Origin: an uncultured delta proteobacterium
Lineage (GTDB): Bacteria; Desulfobacterota; Desulfobacteria; Desulfobacterales; JAHEIW01
Length of the DNA stretch: 64,000 nt
Assembly (NCBI GenBank): GCA_963706575.1
Contig: CAVPNL010000006.1
Location: 832,001-896,000 of the forward strand
Direction of reading: 5' to 3'
Within the stretch, counting starts at the first letter, position 1. Every line of letters starts with the position of its first letter. The notes under the pieces are model-generated. The model saw only the letters and a list, made by a program, of their open reading frames with translations. It was not told the DNA's origin and ran no database searches. Positions 49,159-58,863 of the stretch are shown piece after piece. Both the position numbers and the translations under genes were made by a program.

Positions 49159-51810
49159 ATGGAGAATTTACACAAAACTGCCTTAAACGATCGCCATGTC
49201 AAACTGGGCGCCAACATGGTGGAATTTGCCGGATGGGAAATGCCGCTGCATTACGAAACCGGCATCATTCAAGAACACCTGATCACTCGTCAGGATGCGG
49301 GACTTTTTGATATTTCGCATATGGGCCGCTTCACTGTGCGCGGCAAAAATGCCCTCGAGTTTTTGCAGCATGTGCTCTCCAACAATGCCGCCGCCCTTGA
49401 GGAAGAAGAGGGCCATTATACGATGATTCCCAATGAAAGCGGCGGGATCATTGACGATGCTTATCTTTACCGCTTTGTTCCCGATGAATACATCCTGGTG
49501 GTCAACGCCTCCAACCGGGAAAAAGATTTTGCTCACCTGGAGGCATTGCGCAAAGAATTCGGTGAGGTGGAGCTAACCGACCGCACCAAAGAGCTGGCTA
49601 TGCTCAGCCTGCAAGGGCCGAAAACGAAAGACATCATGCTTGATATAATTTCCGGCGGTCGGTTGCCCGAACCGATGCGCAACTGTCTGAGCACTGTTCA
49701 AATCAACGGCAGTCCGGTGCTGGTTTCCCGCACCGGTTACACCGGTGAGCCGATTTGCTTTGAGCTTTTTATCGCGAGCAAGGGTGTGGCAGCGATCTGG
49801 GATACGCTGATTGACAAAGGCGTGCGGCCCATCGGACTGGGTGCCAGAGACACGCTGCGGTTGGAGGCCGCTCTGCCGCTTTACGGGCACGAACTTGGAC
49901 TCGATCCCGAGGGTAAGGAAATACCGGCCTATGCCAGCATGCTGTCGCGGTTTGGTGTCAGTCTTTCTCCCCTAAAAGGAGAATATATAGGGCGCGCAGC
50001 GCTGGCAAAACAATTTGAAGCCTTAAAACGAATTGTCGACCAAGACTATTCGTTGATTGCAGACCTTCCTAGGATCATTCAGCCCATCGCGTTAATCGAC
50101 AAGGGTGTTGCCCGGGCCGAAGCCAACGTGTTTCGTGACGATAAGCATGTGGGGTATGTGACCAGCGGGACAATGGTTCCGTTATGGCAAAGCGAAGGTG
50201 TGGGCCTGTCCACCCGGCAAAGTGAAGACAAAGGGCGACGCGCCATCGGTCTGGCCCTTTTAGACAGCGATCTGGTGGAAGGCGATGAAGTGGAAATCGA
50301 GATCCGGGGCAAACGTGCCCGGGCCGTCATCGTGCCCTATCATATGCGGGCTGAAGCCCCGCCCCACACCTGGCCGATCCTTTATGATCAGCTTCGCGAA
50401 GATCGTGAATCGGTCTGTGCGGCTGAAAAAATGGAGCAAAATGTTAAAACGCTGATCGGCAAAGCCATCGACAACCATGCCTGGCGTCAGCAGCAATGTG
50501 TGAATTTGATTCCTTCCGAACAGACGGCCTCACCCCTGGTGCACATGCTTTCCATTACTGACCCTTGCGGCCGTTATGCCGAGCACAAACAGGTCAAAGC
50601 GTTTAAGGAAGCCAATGTCTTTTATTATCAGGGAACCGAATTTATTGGCGAGGTCGAATATCTGCTGACCTGTGAGTTTCAGCGCTTCTTAGAATGCAGC
50701 GAAGTTGAAACCCGGGTCATATCGGGGCAGATGGCCAACATGGCCGTGTTCAGTGCCCTGGTGGATTATTTGAACCGTGCCGACCGCAAAAGCGAACAGC
50801 GCCGTATCCGTAAAGTGATGAACAATCACATTATCAAGGGCGGACATCTCAGCGCCCAGCCCATGGGGGCCCTGCGCGATTTTGTGATGCGGGATCCCAA
50901 ATGGGAAAAAGCGGCGGCGGTCAATTTTCCGGTTTTAGAAGACAACCCGTTTAAGATTGATGTTGAAGCCGCCCGGGAACTGATCGCCGAACACCGCCCG
51001 GAGCTGATGATCCTGGGAAAAAGCATGATCATCCATAAGGAGCCGGTTCAAGAAATGCGCGCCATCATTGATGCGCTTGAGTTGGATTGTGTGCTGATGT
51101 ATGACATGGCCCATGTGCTCGGGCTGGTGGGCCCGTATTTCCAGCAGCCTTTTAAGGAGGGAGCAGACATCGTAACCGGCTCGACCCATAAAACTTTTTA
51201 CGGCACCCAGCGCGGTATTGCCGCCGTAAACTATACCGAAGACGATCTGCAATATGAGTTCTGGGAAGCCATTCAGCGGCGGGCCTTTCCGGGCAGCACC
51301 AGCAACCACCACTTGGGCACCTTGCTGGGCTTGCTGATGGCCGCATACGAAATGAACGCTTTCAAAGAAGATTATCAGAAAAATGTGATGGCCAATGCCA
51401 AAGCCTTTGCTGCAGCCCTAAAAGATTGTGGCCTGGATATCGCCGGCGATCCGGAGATTTCCTTTACCGAAACCCATCAGGTCATCATTAATGTGGGATA
51501 TGCCTGCGCACCTGAAATTGCGCAGCGTTTGGAGGACAACCATATCCTTCTCAACTACCAGGCCGCCCCGGATGAGGAAAGCTTTTCGGCAGCCGGCTCG
51601 CTGCGGACCGGCGTGCAGGAAATGACGCGATTCGGCATGCAAGCAGCGGATTTTGCCGAGCTGGCCCAGCTGATGGCCGACGTAATCCTTAAAAACAAAG
51701 ATGTTAAAAAAGACGTGATGGAGCTGCGCCAACGTTTTCTGGAGATGCAGTATTGTTTTTCCGGTGACGAATTTGATGAGCTGGAGCAGAAGCTTCATCA
51801 ACTCATTTAA
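49159..51810 (+). CDS. Fused aminomethyltransferase (GcvT) and serine hydroxymethyltransferase
   Basis: GcvT: FAGWEMP, FDISHMG, SRTGYTGE, GLGARDTLRLEA. SHMT: NLIPSE, GGHLS, YDMAHVLGL, GSTHKT. Confidence 0.92.
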   Translation: MENLHKTALNDRHVKLGANMVEFAGWEMPLHYETGIIQEHLITRQDAGLFDISHMGRFTVRGKNALEFLQHVLSNNAAALEEEEGHYTMIPNESGGIIDDAYLYRFVPDEYILVVNASNREKDFAHLEALRKEFGEVELTDRTKELAMLSLQGPKTKDIMLDIISGGRLPEPMRNCLSTVQINGSPVLVSRTGYTGEPICFELFIASKGVAAIWDTLIDKGVRPIGLGARDTLRLEAALPLYGHELGLDPEGKEIPAYASMLSRFGVSLSPLKGEYIGRAALAKQFEALKRIVDQDYSLIADLPRIIQPIALIDKGVARAEANVFRDDKHVGYVTSGTMVPLWQSEGVGLSTRQSEDKGRRAIGLALLDSDLVEGDEVEIEIRGKRARAVIVPYHMRAEAPPHTWPILYDQLREDRESVCAAEKMEQNVKTLIGKAIDNHAWRQQQCVNLIPSEQTASPLVHMLSITDPCGRYAEHKQVKAFKEANVFYYQGTEFIGEVEYLLTCEFQRFLECSEVETRVISGQMANMAVFSALVDYLNRADRKSEQRRIRKVMNNHIIKGGHLSAQPMGALRDFVMRDPKWEKAAAVNFPVLEDNPFKIDVEAARELIAEHRPELMILGKSMIIHKEPVQEMRAIIDALELDCVLMYDMAHVLGLVGPYFQQPFKEGADIVTGSTHKTFYGTQRGIAAVNYTEDDLQYEFWEAIQRRAFPGSTSNHHLGTLLGLLMAAYEMNAFKEDYQKNVMANAKAFAAALKDCGLDIAGDPEISFTETHQVIINVGYACAPEIAQRLEDNHILLNYQAAPDEESFSAAGSLRTGVQEMTRFGMQAADFAELAQLMADVILKNKDVKKDVMELRQRFLEMQYCFSGDEFDELEQKLHQLI

Positions 51811-51817
51811 TGCTGAT

Positions 51818-51898
51818 AGGTTGAGTCCGTCTGTCCGGGAAAAATAAAATTAGATATTTTTATGTTTACCGACTCAACGGGCATAACGAGCTCAACCT
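51818..51898. repeat. Degenerate GTTGAG/CTCAAC-family hairpin element
   Basis: aggttgagtccgt ... actcaacgggcataacgagctcaacct. Confidence 0.6.
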
Positions 51899-51931
51899 GC
51901 CCAACCGATTAAACCGGCAAGGAGGACAGCC

Positions 51932-52171
51932 ATGGGTGACATCCGAATGACCGGGGAAATCCGTACGGATTATGATTGTGAAAGCAGCGGCTTGCCGGCC
52001 GAACGCTGGGCCGAGGCCGTGTTTAAAATTGGGGATGAAGAGGTGGTTTTGGAAATCAGCGTCGAAAAAGACGTTGTTGTTGCAATTATGGTTGGAGAAA
52101 ATGCAGCCTGGCGGGGCACGCTAAAAGGGTTCAAGCAGTTTCTCAGAGGCGAATTAAAATCGGATGCTTGA
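51932..52171 (+). CDS. Small hypothetical protein
   Basis: AGGAGG RBS, 79 aa. Confidence 0.75.
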   Translation: MGDIRMTGEIRTDYDCESSGLPAERWAEAVFKIGDEEVVLEISVEKDVVVAIMVGENAAWRGTLKGFKQFLRGELKSDA

Positions 52172-52254
52172 GCGATCCCGAGTATTGTTAGCCGGATGGC
52201 CACACAGGGCCACTGCCAAAACCCGCGCCCGCCCGAGCGCTTTCACGGTGCGCC

Positions 52255-52362
52255 ATGCAACTTAAAGAGGTGATCACCGAACTTAAATTTATGGGGAACC
52301 CCAAAGCGGCAGCCGGCATGGCCAGATACGGCATCAAAGCCGAAGATAACTGCCGCCGCTGA
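52255..52362 (+). pseudogene. N-terminal fragment of an AlkD-like DNA alkylation repair protein
   Basis: MQLKEVITELKFMGNPKAAAGMARYGIK then an early stop. Confidence 0.5.
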
Positions 52363-52401
52363 AATCTTTGGCGTGTTCACCGTCACCGTCAATTTTCTAA
52401 A

Positions 52402-53085
52402 TTACGATCCCACAAAAACACATTCCACCAGCCCCAGGGCGGAAGATATCACCTTGACCGCATCATCCACGTTTAACGTTGCGGTATTAACGACCAGATC
52501 ATAATTGGTGGGATCGGCAATATCGGCGTTAAAATACTTGCGGATAAACGCCCGGCGGTCCGATTCGGTTCGCATGACCCGTCTTTTGGCATCTTCTGAG
52601 GACAAATCGAATTCTTTGGCGACATTTTTAATTCGCCAGGCTTGGGCAGCTACAATGCGCACACTGAATCTTTTTTCAGGCGGCAAAATAAAATTGGCGC
52701 CTCTTCCGACCACCACGGCCCGGCCGTGTTTGCCGATGGTTCCGACCACTTTCATCAGATGTTGCATGTAGCGGTCCGGCCACAGATGCCGTTCATGAAC
52801 CAGAGATGAGATCCAGTCTTCCAGGATCGAAAGCCCGCGTTCATCCAGGGTTTCTACCAATTTTTCGCTGACGTCGGCACTTTTGGCCATTTCATTGATA
52901 ACCTCCTGATGGAAAATAGCAATGCCGAGCTTCTCGGCCAGGCGGGTTGCGACGATGCGGCCGCCGCTGCCCGGCTCTCTGGATACCGTAATGATGGAAA
53001 TACCTTCTTTTTCTTCCTTTCCCTCCTTTTGCATGATTTGCCAGCGTTGAACCTGTTCTTCAATAATCCGAGGTATGCTTTTCAT
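52402..53085 (-). CDS. Cytidylate kinase-like family protein
   Basis: ITVSREPGSGG, VVVGRGANFIL, YDLVVNT. Confidence 0.9.
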   Translation of the reverse strand: MKSIPRIIEEQVQRWQIMQKEGKEEKEGISIITVSREPGSGGRIVATRLAEKLGIAIFHQEVINEMAKSADVSEKLVETLDERGLSILEDWISSLVHERHLWPDRYMQHLMKVVGTIGKHGRAVVVGRGANFILPPEKRFSVRIVAAQAWRIKNVAKEFDLSSEDAKRRVMRTESDRRAFIRKYFNADIADPTNYDLVVNTATLNVDDAVKVISSALGLVECVFVGS

Positions 53086-53325
53086 AAGCCCTCCTTTTCT
53101 CTGATCTTGAAGTGAAGGTTTTTGGTCCGGCAAATTAACAGGCCAGGCCCTGCTTAAAATTAAGAATAGGCTTAAACCCTGTCAATTTTTTATTGACTTC
53201 TAGTTGACAAAAAATAACTATCTGAAATCTGAAATGTGTTTGAGACGATTTTTTTCTGATAGAATCAATTCACCTTAAGATACCCAACGATCATTTAACC
53301 GCTAACCCATATCATAGAGGGCAGG

Positions 53326-54165
53326 ATGATGACCGCTGATCTGAAGGGCAAAGCAGCGCTGGTGACCGGCTCAGGGAAAAAGAACGGTATCGGCTACGGG
53401 ATTGTTCGAAAACTGGCAGAATCCGGGGCCAATGTGATCATCGCCGATCTGGTGGGAAAAGAAACCCGACAGAATGAGGCGCTTTCCGATAACATGGCAG
53501 AAATGACTCAGCTGGCAAAAGATCTGGAAAAGGCATTTAAGATCAAGGCGATTGCCGTTGAATTGGATGTGACCCATGCGGAGTCGATTGCCCAGATGGC
53601 AGCAGCAGTGCAAAAGCAGTTCGACGGCATCCACATTTTATGCAACAATGCCGGCACCGTCTTTGGCGTACCCAATGCCGTTCATACTTACGATGAAGAG
53701 GCCTGGATGAAAACAATCGATGTCAACCTGCACGGCGTATTTCGGGTCTCCAAAGCAATTGTGCCCTTGATGACCGCTGGCGGTGGTTGCATTATTAACG
53801 TCGCCTCCAGAGCTGCAAAGGTTCCGCCCTTGTTTAACGGCGCCTATGCCGTGGCCAAGGCAGGGGTTGTCATGCTCACAAAGGTCATGGCCAAAGAACT
53901 TGCCGGAGCCGGAATCCGGGTCAATGCCATCTGCCCAGGGGTCATTCAGACCGATTTCACCGACTGGCGCTTTAAGCTGGAGGCCGATATTTTGGATTCG
54001 ACCGTTGAGGCGCGCAAAGCCGAAATGCTTAAAAGCATCCCCATGGGCCGCCTGGGGACCGCCGCTGAAGTTGCAGACCTGGTGACTTTTCTGGCCTCGG
54101 ATCAATCGGCATACATTACGGGCCAGGCAATCAATATTACCGGCGGGCAGCTGATGGAGATTTGA
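53326..54165 (+). CDS. SDR family oxidoreductase
   Basis: TGSGKKNGIG, NNAG, YAVAK, RVNAICPG, YITGQ. Confidence 0.93.
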   Translation: MMTADLKGKAALVTGSGKKNGIGYGIVRKLAESGANVIIADLVGKETRQNEALSDNMAEMTQLAKDLEKAFKIKAIAVELDVTHAESIAQMAAAVQKQFDGIHILCNNAGTVFGVPNAVHTYDEEAWMKTIDVNLHGVFRVSKAIVPLMTAGGGCIINVASRAAKVPPLFNGAYAVAKAGVVMLTKVMAKELAGAGIRVNAICPGVIQTDFTDWRFKLEADILDSTVEARKAEMLKSIPMGRLGTAAEVADLVTFLASDQSAYITGQAINITGGQLMEI

Positions 54166-54234
54166 TCTGCGATCAAATTTAGTTAAATCATATTATCGCT
54201 GTTAAAAAGCACGACAAGAATTAGGTATAAATCT

Positions 54235-54302
54235 TCGTGGCTGAAAGCCACTCCCACAAATGGGGTGATTTTCTCAGGGTGGGAGCGACGTTCTCGCCGC
54301 GA
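54235..54302. repeat. REP-like doublet
   Basis: tcgtggctgaaagccactcccac ... gtgggagcgacgttctcgccgcga; second copy at 58143-58210. Confidence 0.75.
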
Positions 54303-54325
54303 GAAGCAACGGAGGAGGATATACA

Positions 54326-56030
54326 ATGGACATGGTATCGGGAGGGCAGTTGGCCGCAGAAGCGCTGGCCCAGAAAGGAGTCGACACTATTTTCACACTG
54401 AGCGGCGGTCATATTACGCCGATTTATCAATATCTGGAAAATGCGCCGATTACCCTGTTTGATACCCGCCATGAACAGGCGGCCGTGTTTATGGCTGAAG
54501 CCTGGGGCCGGATGACCCGCAAACCGGGAGTGGCGATGGTAACGGCCGGGCCGGGGTTTACCAATGCGCTTACGGCGGTTGCCAACGCCCGATTTGCAAA
54601 CTCACCGCTGGTGCTTATTTCAGGGTGTGTTGGGATTGACTGTATTGAAAAACTGGATTTGCAGGATATGCGTCAGCGGCCGGTTATCGAGCCGATGGTC
54701 AAAAAGGCGCTGATCTGTCACAAAGCGGACCGAATTCCGGAATTTATTGACATTGCTTTCCGCACCGCCGGCAGCGGTCGTCCCGGTCCGGTGTATCTGG
54801 AACTGCCGGTTGATGTCCTCAATGCGACGGTCAGCCCCGATGGTATCAAAATGCCCCACACGGTCATTCAATCTCATCCGGTAGACCTGGATAAAGTACA
54901 GCAGATTCTATCGATGCTCGAAAACGCGACCCAACCGGTTATTATTGCCGGAAGCGGCGCGTGGTATGCCGATGGCGGCAGCGAACTGGTGGAATTTGTT
55001 GAAAGCACCGGCATCCCGGTGTTTACATCCGCATTCGGCCGGGGGACCATCCCGGACACCCATCCGTTATGTTTTGAATCTTCACTTGCCATCAGGCCCG
55101 GTGCGGCCCTGGTTGCCAATACCGGAGCTGATCTGGTGCTGTTTCTGGGCGCCCGGATGAGTCTGTACTATCTGTTTGGGGATCTCTTTAATGCGGAAGC
55201 AAAAATTATTCAGGTGGATATTGAACCGGAAGAAATCGGTCGAAACCGGTCGGTGGATCTTGCGGTCGTCAGTGATGTCAGGGAATTGTTAAAAGCCGCC
55301 AACCGTCTTATCCAGAAGAGAGAAAAGAGCGACTCCCTTCGTCAGCGATTTGCCGGCTGGGTATCAACCCTCGAAAAAGCGGATGAGGAGGGCAAGGCGC
55401 CCGCGAAGTCTGATTGGCAAAGTGAAAATATTCCCATTCATCCGTTACGGCTTGCTCAGCGAAATAAACAAGTTTATGGACCGTGAAGGTGATATTGTGG
55501 TAGCGGACGGCGGGGATACTCAGGTCTGGATGGGAATTACCCGGACCATTCGAAATCCCGGTCGCTATCTGGATGCCGGTCTTTATGGCTGTCTGGGGGT
55601 GGGTATTCCCTATGCCAATGCTGCCAAGCTGCGATACCCGGACCAGCGGGTCTGTTTAATTATCGGAGACGGCTCTGTTGGATTTAATTTTATGGAGTTT
55701 GAGACGGCCTTACGAAAGAATCTGCCCATCGTTATGGTCATCAGCAATGATCTCGGATGGGGTATGATTCGCCACAGCCAGGAGTTGCGCATCGGGCATG
55801 CCATTGAAAACGGAACCTACATCGGAAAAGTCGATTACCATAAATTGGTTGAAGCGCTGGGGGGAAAAGGCCTGTACGTGGAAGATCCTGCAGATATCAA
55901 GCCAGCCCTGGAGGAAGCATTTGCCGCCGGCATTGCCACCTGCATCAATGTGATGACCGATCCCACCACCGTTAGTCCGGGAAGCGTCGCCCTGGCGAAT
56001 TTGGGAGGATACACCGCTCAAGCCCAGTAA
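54326..56030 (+). pseudogene. ThDP-dependent enzyme (acetolactate synthase/2-hydroxyacyl-CoA lyase-like), split by a +1 frameshift near 55457
   Basis: RHEQAA, TAGPG and RPGPVYL in 54326-55486; GCLGVG and the GDG..ND ThDP motif in the next frame, to 56030. Confidence 0.8.
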
Positions 56031-56090
56031 CGGGTGCGGTCATTCGGTTCGACCTGAACCTGACAATCATTAAAAAAAAGGGATTCGGCC

Positions 56091-56945
56091 ATGGACCTGG
56101 CAGCGATCGATCAGGCGCGACTGAATTTTAATCCCCAGGGGCTGTTTATCATCAATGCGGCCATTGGTCTGATGACACCGTTGAATTTGGCGCTATGGGG
56201 CAGTCTGAATCCCCATACCGCCGTTATCTTAAGAAAGGTCAGCCTCAGCCCCCTGGATGTCTTTATCACCGTTTTTGTCATTCTGGGGGTTCCGCTGTGC
56301 ATTGGCCTGCTGATTTCACGGCTATTTCCGGCGCTGGCGGCAAAGGTCAGAAAGCCGTTTAAAATTTTTTCGCTGGTGTTTTTTATCGGCATTGTTGCGG
56401 CGGCCCTGGCCGTCAACTGGCAAAATTTTTTAACCTATGTCGGCCTGGTATTTATCGGCGTGCTGATTCATAATGCTTTGGCGCTCAACCTGGGGTACTG
56501 GACGGGGCGTCTTTGTGGACTGCCCGAAGCGGATAACCGGATCATTGAAAGCCTGGCGGGGGTGGCGCCCCTGGTGGGTCGGACCGGATATTGTGCCAGC
56601 AAACATGCCTTGCACGGGTTGTTTACTTCCCTGAGAGCTGAATTGATTGGCAGCGGGGTTCACATTATGATCGTCTGTCCCGGATTTGTGAAGACCCAAT
56701 TACAGACACGGGCTCTGGGCGGCGACGGCCGCGTCACCCGCCATCCGCAGTCAACGGTCGGCAGGCAGGATTCGCCCGCCCGGGTGGCGGATGCAGTCTA
56801 TCAGGCTATGTTAAAGAAGAAAAATTTACTGGTGTTGTCGCCGGTTGGGAAACTGACTTATTGGATGTCCCGGATTGCCCCGAGTCTTTATGAGCGGTTG
56901 ATGGCCAGACAGCTTCGGTCGGAATTCATTCGAAGTGGTTTTTAA
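56091..56945 (+). pseudogene. Deletion chimera: bile acid:Na+ symporter pieces fused to an SDR C-terminal half
   Basis: BASS-like LNF..GLM|TPLNL..HNALAL..GY, then SLAG..GYCASKHAL..VCPGFV. Confidence 0.75.
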
Positions 56946-56967
56946 AGTGCTAATTTTTAAAAAGTGA

Positions 56968-57093
56968 GAAGTGAACTAAAGTGCCTAAAGTGACTAAAGT
57001 TAAGGAATTTTGCCATCTTTTATAAAAAAGATGGAGCCCAGCAAGACCTTAACTTTAGTCATTTTAGCTCACTTTAGGCATTTTAGGCACTTT
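56968..57093. repeat. Element B, copy 3 (AAAGTGCCT arms, short core)
   Basis: aaagtgcctaaagtgactaaagtt-core-aactttagtcattttagctcactttaggcattttaggcacttt. Confidence 0.8.
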
Positions 57094-57166
57094 AATGATA
57101 TCGACCTCGAGCTCAATTTGAGATTTTATCCTGTATGGTAAATTTGTAAACTCTAGGAGGAACGTA

Positions 57167-58090
57167 ATGATTGACAGAAAAGTTACCACGGTCATCGATC
57201 CGGAAAAATGCATCGGTTGCGGGTTATGCGTGAAGGTTTGCCCTTCCGAAACCATCAGCATGCAAGACGATAAGGCCCGGGTAACCGGTGATCGCTCGTT
57301 GCAGTGCGGCCATTGTGTGGCCGTATGCCCGGTAGATGCGGTGCGGGTAGATGCAATTGATGCTCAAAGTCTTTCGTTTAACAGCTTCGACCTGGAAAAT
57401 GACTGGCTGCCACACGGCAAGTCGGATACTGCGCATCTGGTTCAATTGATGGCCTCGCGGCGGTCGTGCCGCAATTATAGCGAACAAAGCGTCGATCGAT
57501 CCCTGCTTGAAGATCTGGTGAAAATCGGGACCACCGCACCATCGGGTACCAACTGTCAGAACTGGACCTTTACGATTTTTCCCGACCCCACTGCCGTGAA
57601 TGAATTCGGCCAGCGCATCGGTTCATTTTTCAAAAAGATAAACCGTATGGCTGAAAAAAGATGGATGCGCAAAGCGTTCAAACTGATCGGCAAATCCGCG
57701 TTGGACAATTATTACCGGGAGTTTTACCAGTCGGTAAAAGACGGTTTAAAGGAATGGGAGCGTTCCGGTCGCGACCGCCTTTTTCATGGCGCCACTGCGG
57801 TTATCGTTGTCGCCACCAAACCCGGCGGCAGCTGTCCGATGGAGGATGCCCTGCTGGCCACCCAGAATATATTGCTGGCCGCCCACAGCATGGGGCTGGG
57901 CACCTGCCTGATCGGCTTTGCATTAGAAGCCATCCAAAATGATTCCTCCATTCAGCACTTTTTAACGATACCGGCTGAAGAAACCGTCTGCAGCGTCATC
58001 GCCATCGGATATCCGGAGGAAAAATATGAAAGTCTGACCGGTAGAAAAAAAGTTGTGATGCGGTATTTTGAAGCCGGATCCAACAAATGA
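57167..58090 (+). CDS. Nitroreductase with N-terminal 2x[4Fe-4S] ferredoxin-like domain
   Basis: CIGCGLCVKVCP, (S)LQCGHCVAVCP, RRSCR, APSGTN, GLGTC. Confidence 0.92.
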   Translation: MIDRKVTTVIDPEKCIGCGLCVKVCPSETISMQDDKARVTGDRSLQCGHCVAVCPVDAVRVDAIDAQSLSFNSFDLENDWLPHGKSDTAHLVQLMASRRSCRNYSEQSVDRSLLEDLVKIGTTAPSGTNCQNWTFTIFPDPTAVNEFGQRIGSFFKKINRMAEKRWMRKAFKLIGKSALDNYYREFYQSVKDGLKEWERSGRDRLFHGATAVIVVATKPGGSCPMEDALLATQNILLAAHSMGLGTCLIGFALEAIQNDSSIQHFLTIPAEETVCSVIAIGYPEEKYESLTGRKKVVMRYFEAGSNK

Positions 58091-58142
58091 ATAAATGGGT
58101 TTATTGCTGTCCAAAAGAACAACGGGGCTTAGAATTAAACCC

Positions 58143-58210
58143 TCGTGGCTGGAAGCCACTCCCACAAATAAAGGGCTATTCCCGGTGTGGGAGCGGCGTC
58201 CTCGCCGCGA
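58143..58210. repeat. REP-like doublet
   Basis: tcgtggctggaagccactcccac ... gtgggagcggcgtcctcgccgcga. Confidence 0.75.
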
Positions 58211-58221
58211 GAAACAATGAT

Positions 58222-58863
58222 TTAGGGGCCGCCTGATTCACGTGATTTTAAATATCGAATTAAAATCGACTGTAGCCTGTTCAGATGTCCGGAATAGAAA
58301 TGATCACAGCCTTCGATAATTTCAAATTGCGCCTCCAAGTTCCAGGCCGGCATTAGATCGCGGATTTGATTAACTGGGGCGATGTCATCCCGGCTGCCGG
58401 TGACCACCAGTTTCAGGCAACTCAATTGGTTAACATTTTCAAATTCGATGAATCCGACCGGCGGCGAAATCATCATCATAGACTCTATTGAAGTGCGGCT
58501 GTCGGCAGCGACGCCGGCGTTGACCCAGGCCCCGAAAGAGTAGCCGGCCAGGTCGATGGCGCTGACATCCATGTTTTCAACATAAGAGATGGCGGCGCGG
58601 ACGTCCTCCTGTTCGCCCAAACCATTATCAAAGCTTCCCTGGCTGCCGCCGACTCCCCTGAAATTAAACCTCAGGGTTGCATAGCCATGTTGCTGATAGG
58701 CGCTTTGAACGGTTTCGACAACCGGATTGTTCATCGTGCCGCCGTACAGCGGATGGGGGTGCGTAATCACCACCCCTTTATGCCCGGCGCCTGCCTGCCA
58801 ATAGCCTTCCAGCCGATGCCGACCGGATGGGAGCGAAATTTTTTCCTCCATCGTTATCATCAA
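58222..58863 (-). CDS. Alpha/beta hydrolase
   Basis: HPHPLYGG, RFNFRGVG, GYSFG, DHF. Confidence 0.92.
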   Translation of the reverse strand: MMITMEEKISLPSGRHRLEGYWQAGAGHKGVVITHPHPLYGGTMNNPVVETVQSAYQQHGYATLRFNFRGVGGSQGSFDNGLGEQEDVRAAISYVENMDVSAIDLAGYSFGAWVNAGVAADSRTSIESMMMISPPVGFIEFENVNQLSCLKLVVTGSRDDIAPVNQIRDLMPAWNLEAQFEIIEGCDHFYSGHLNRLQSILIRYLKSRESGGP

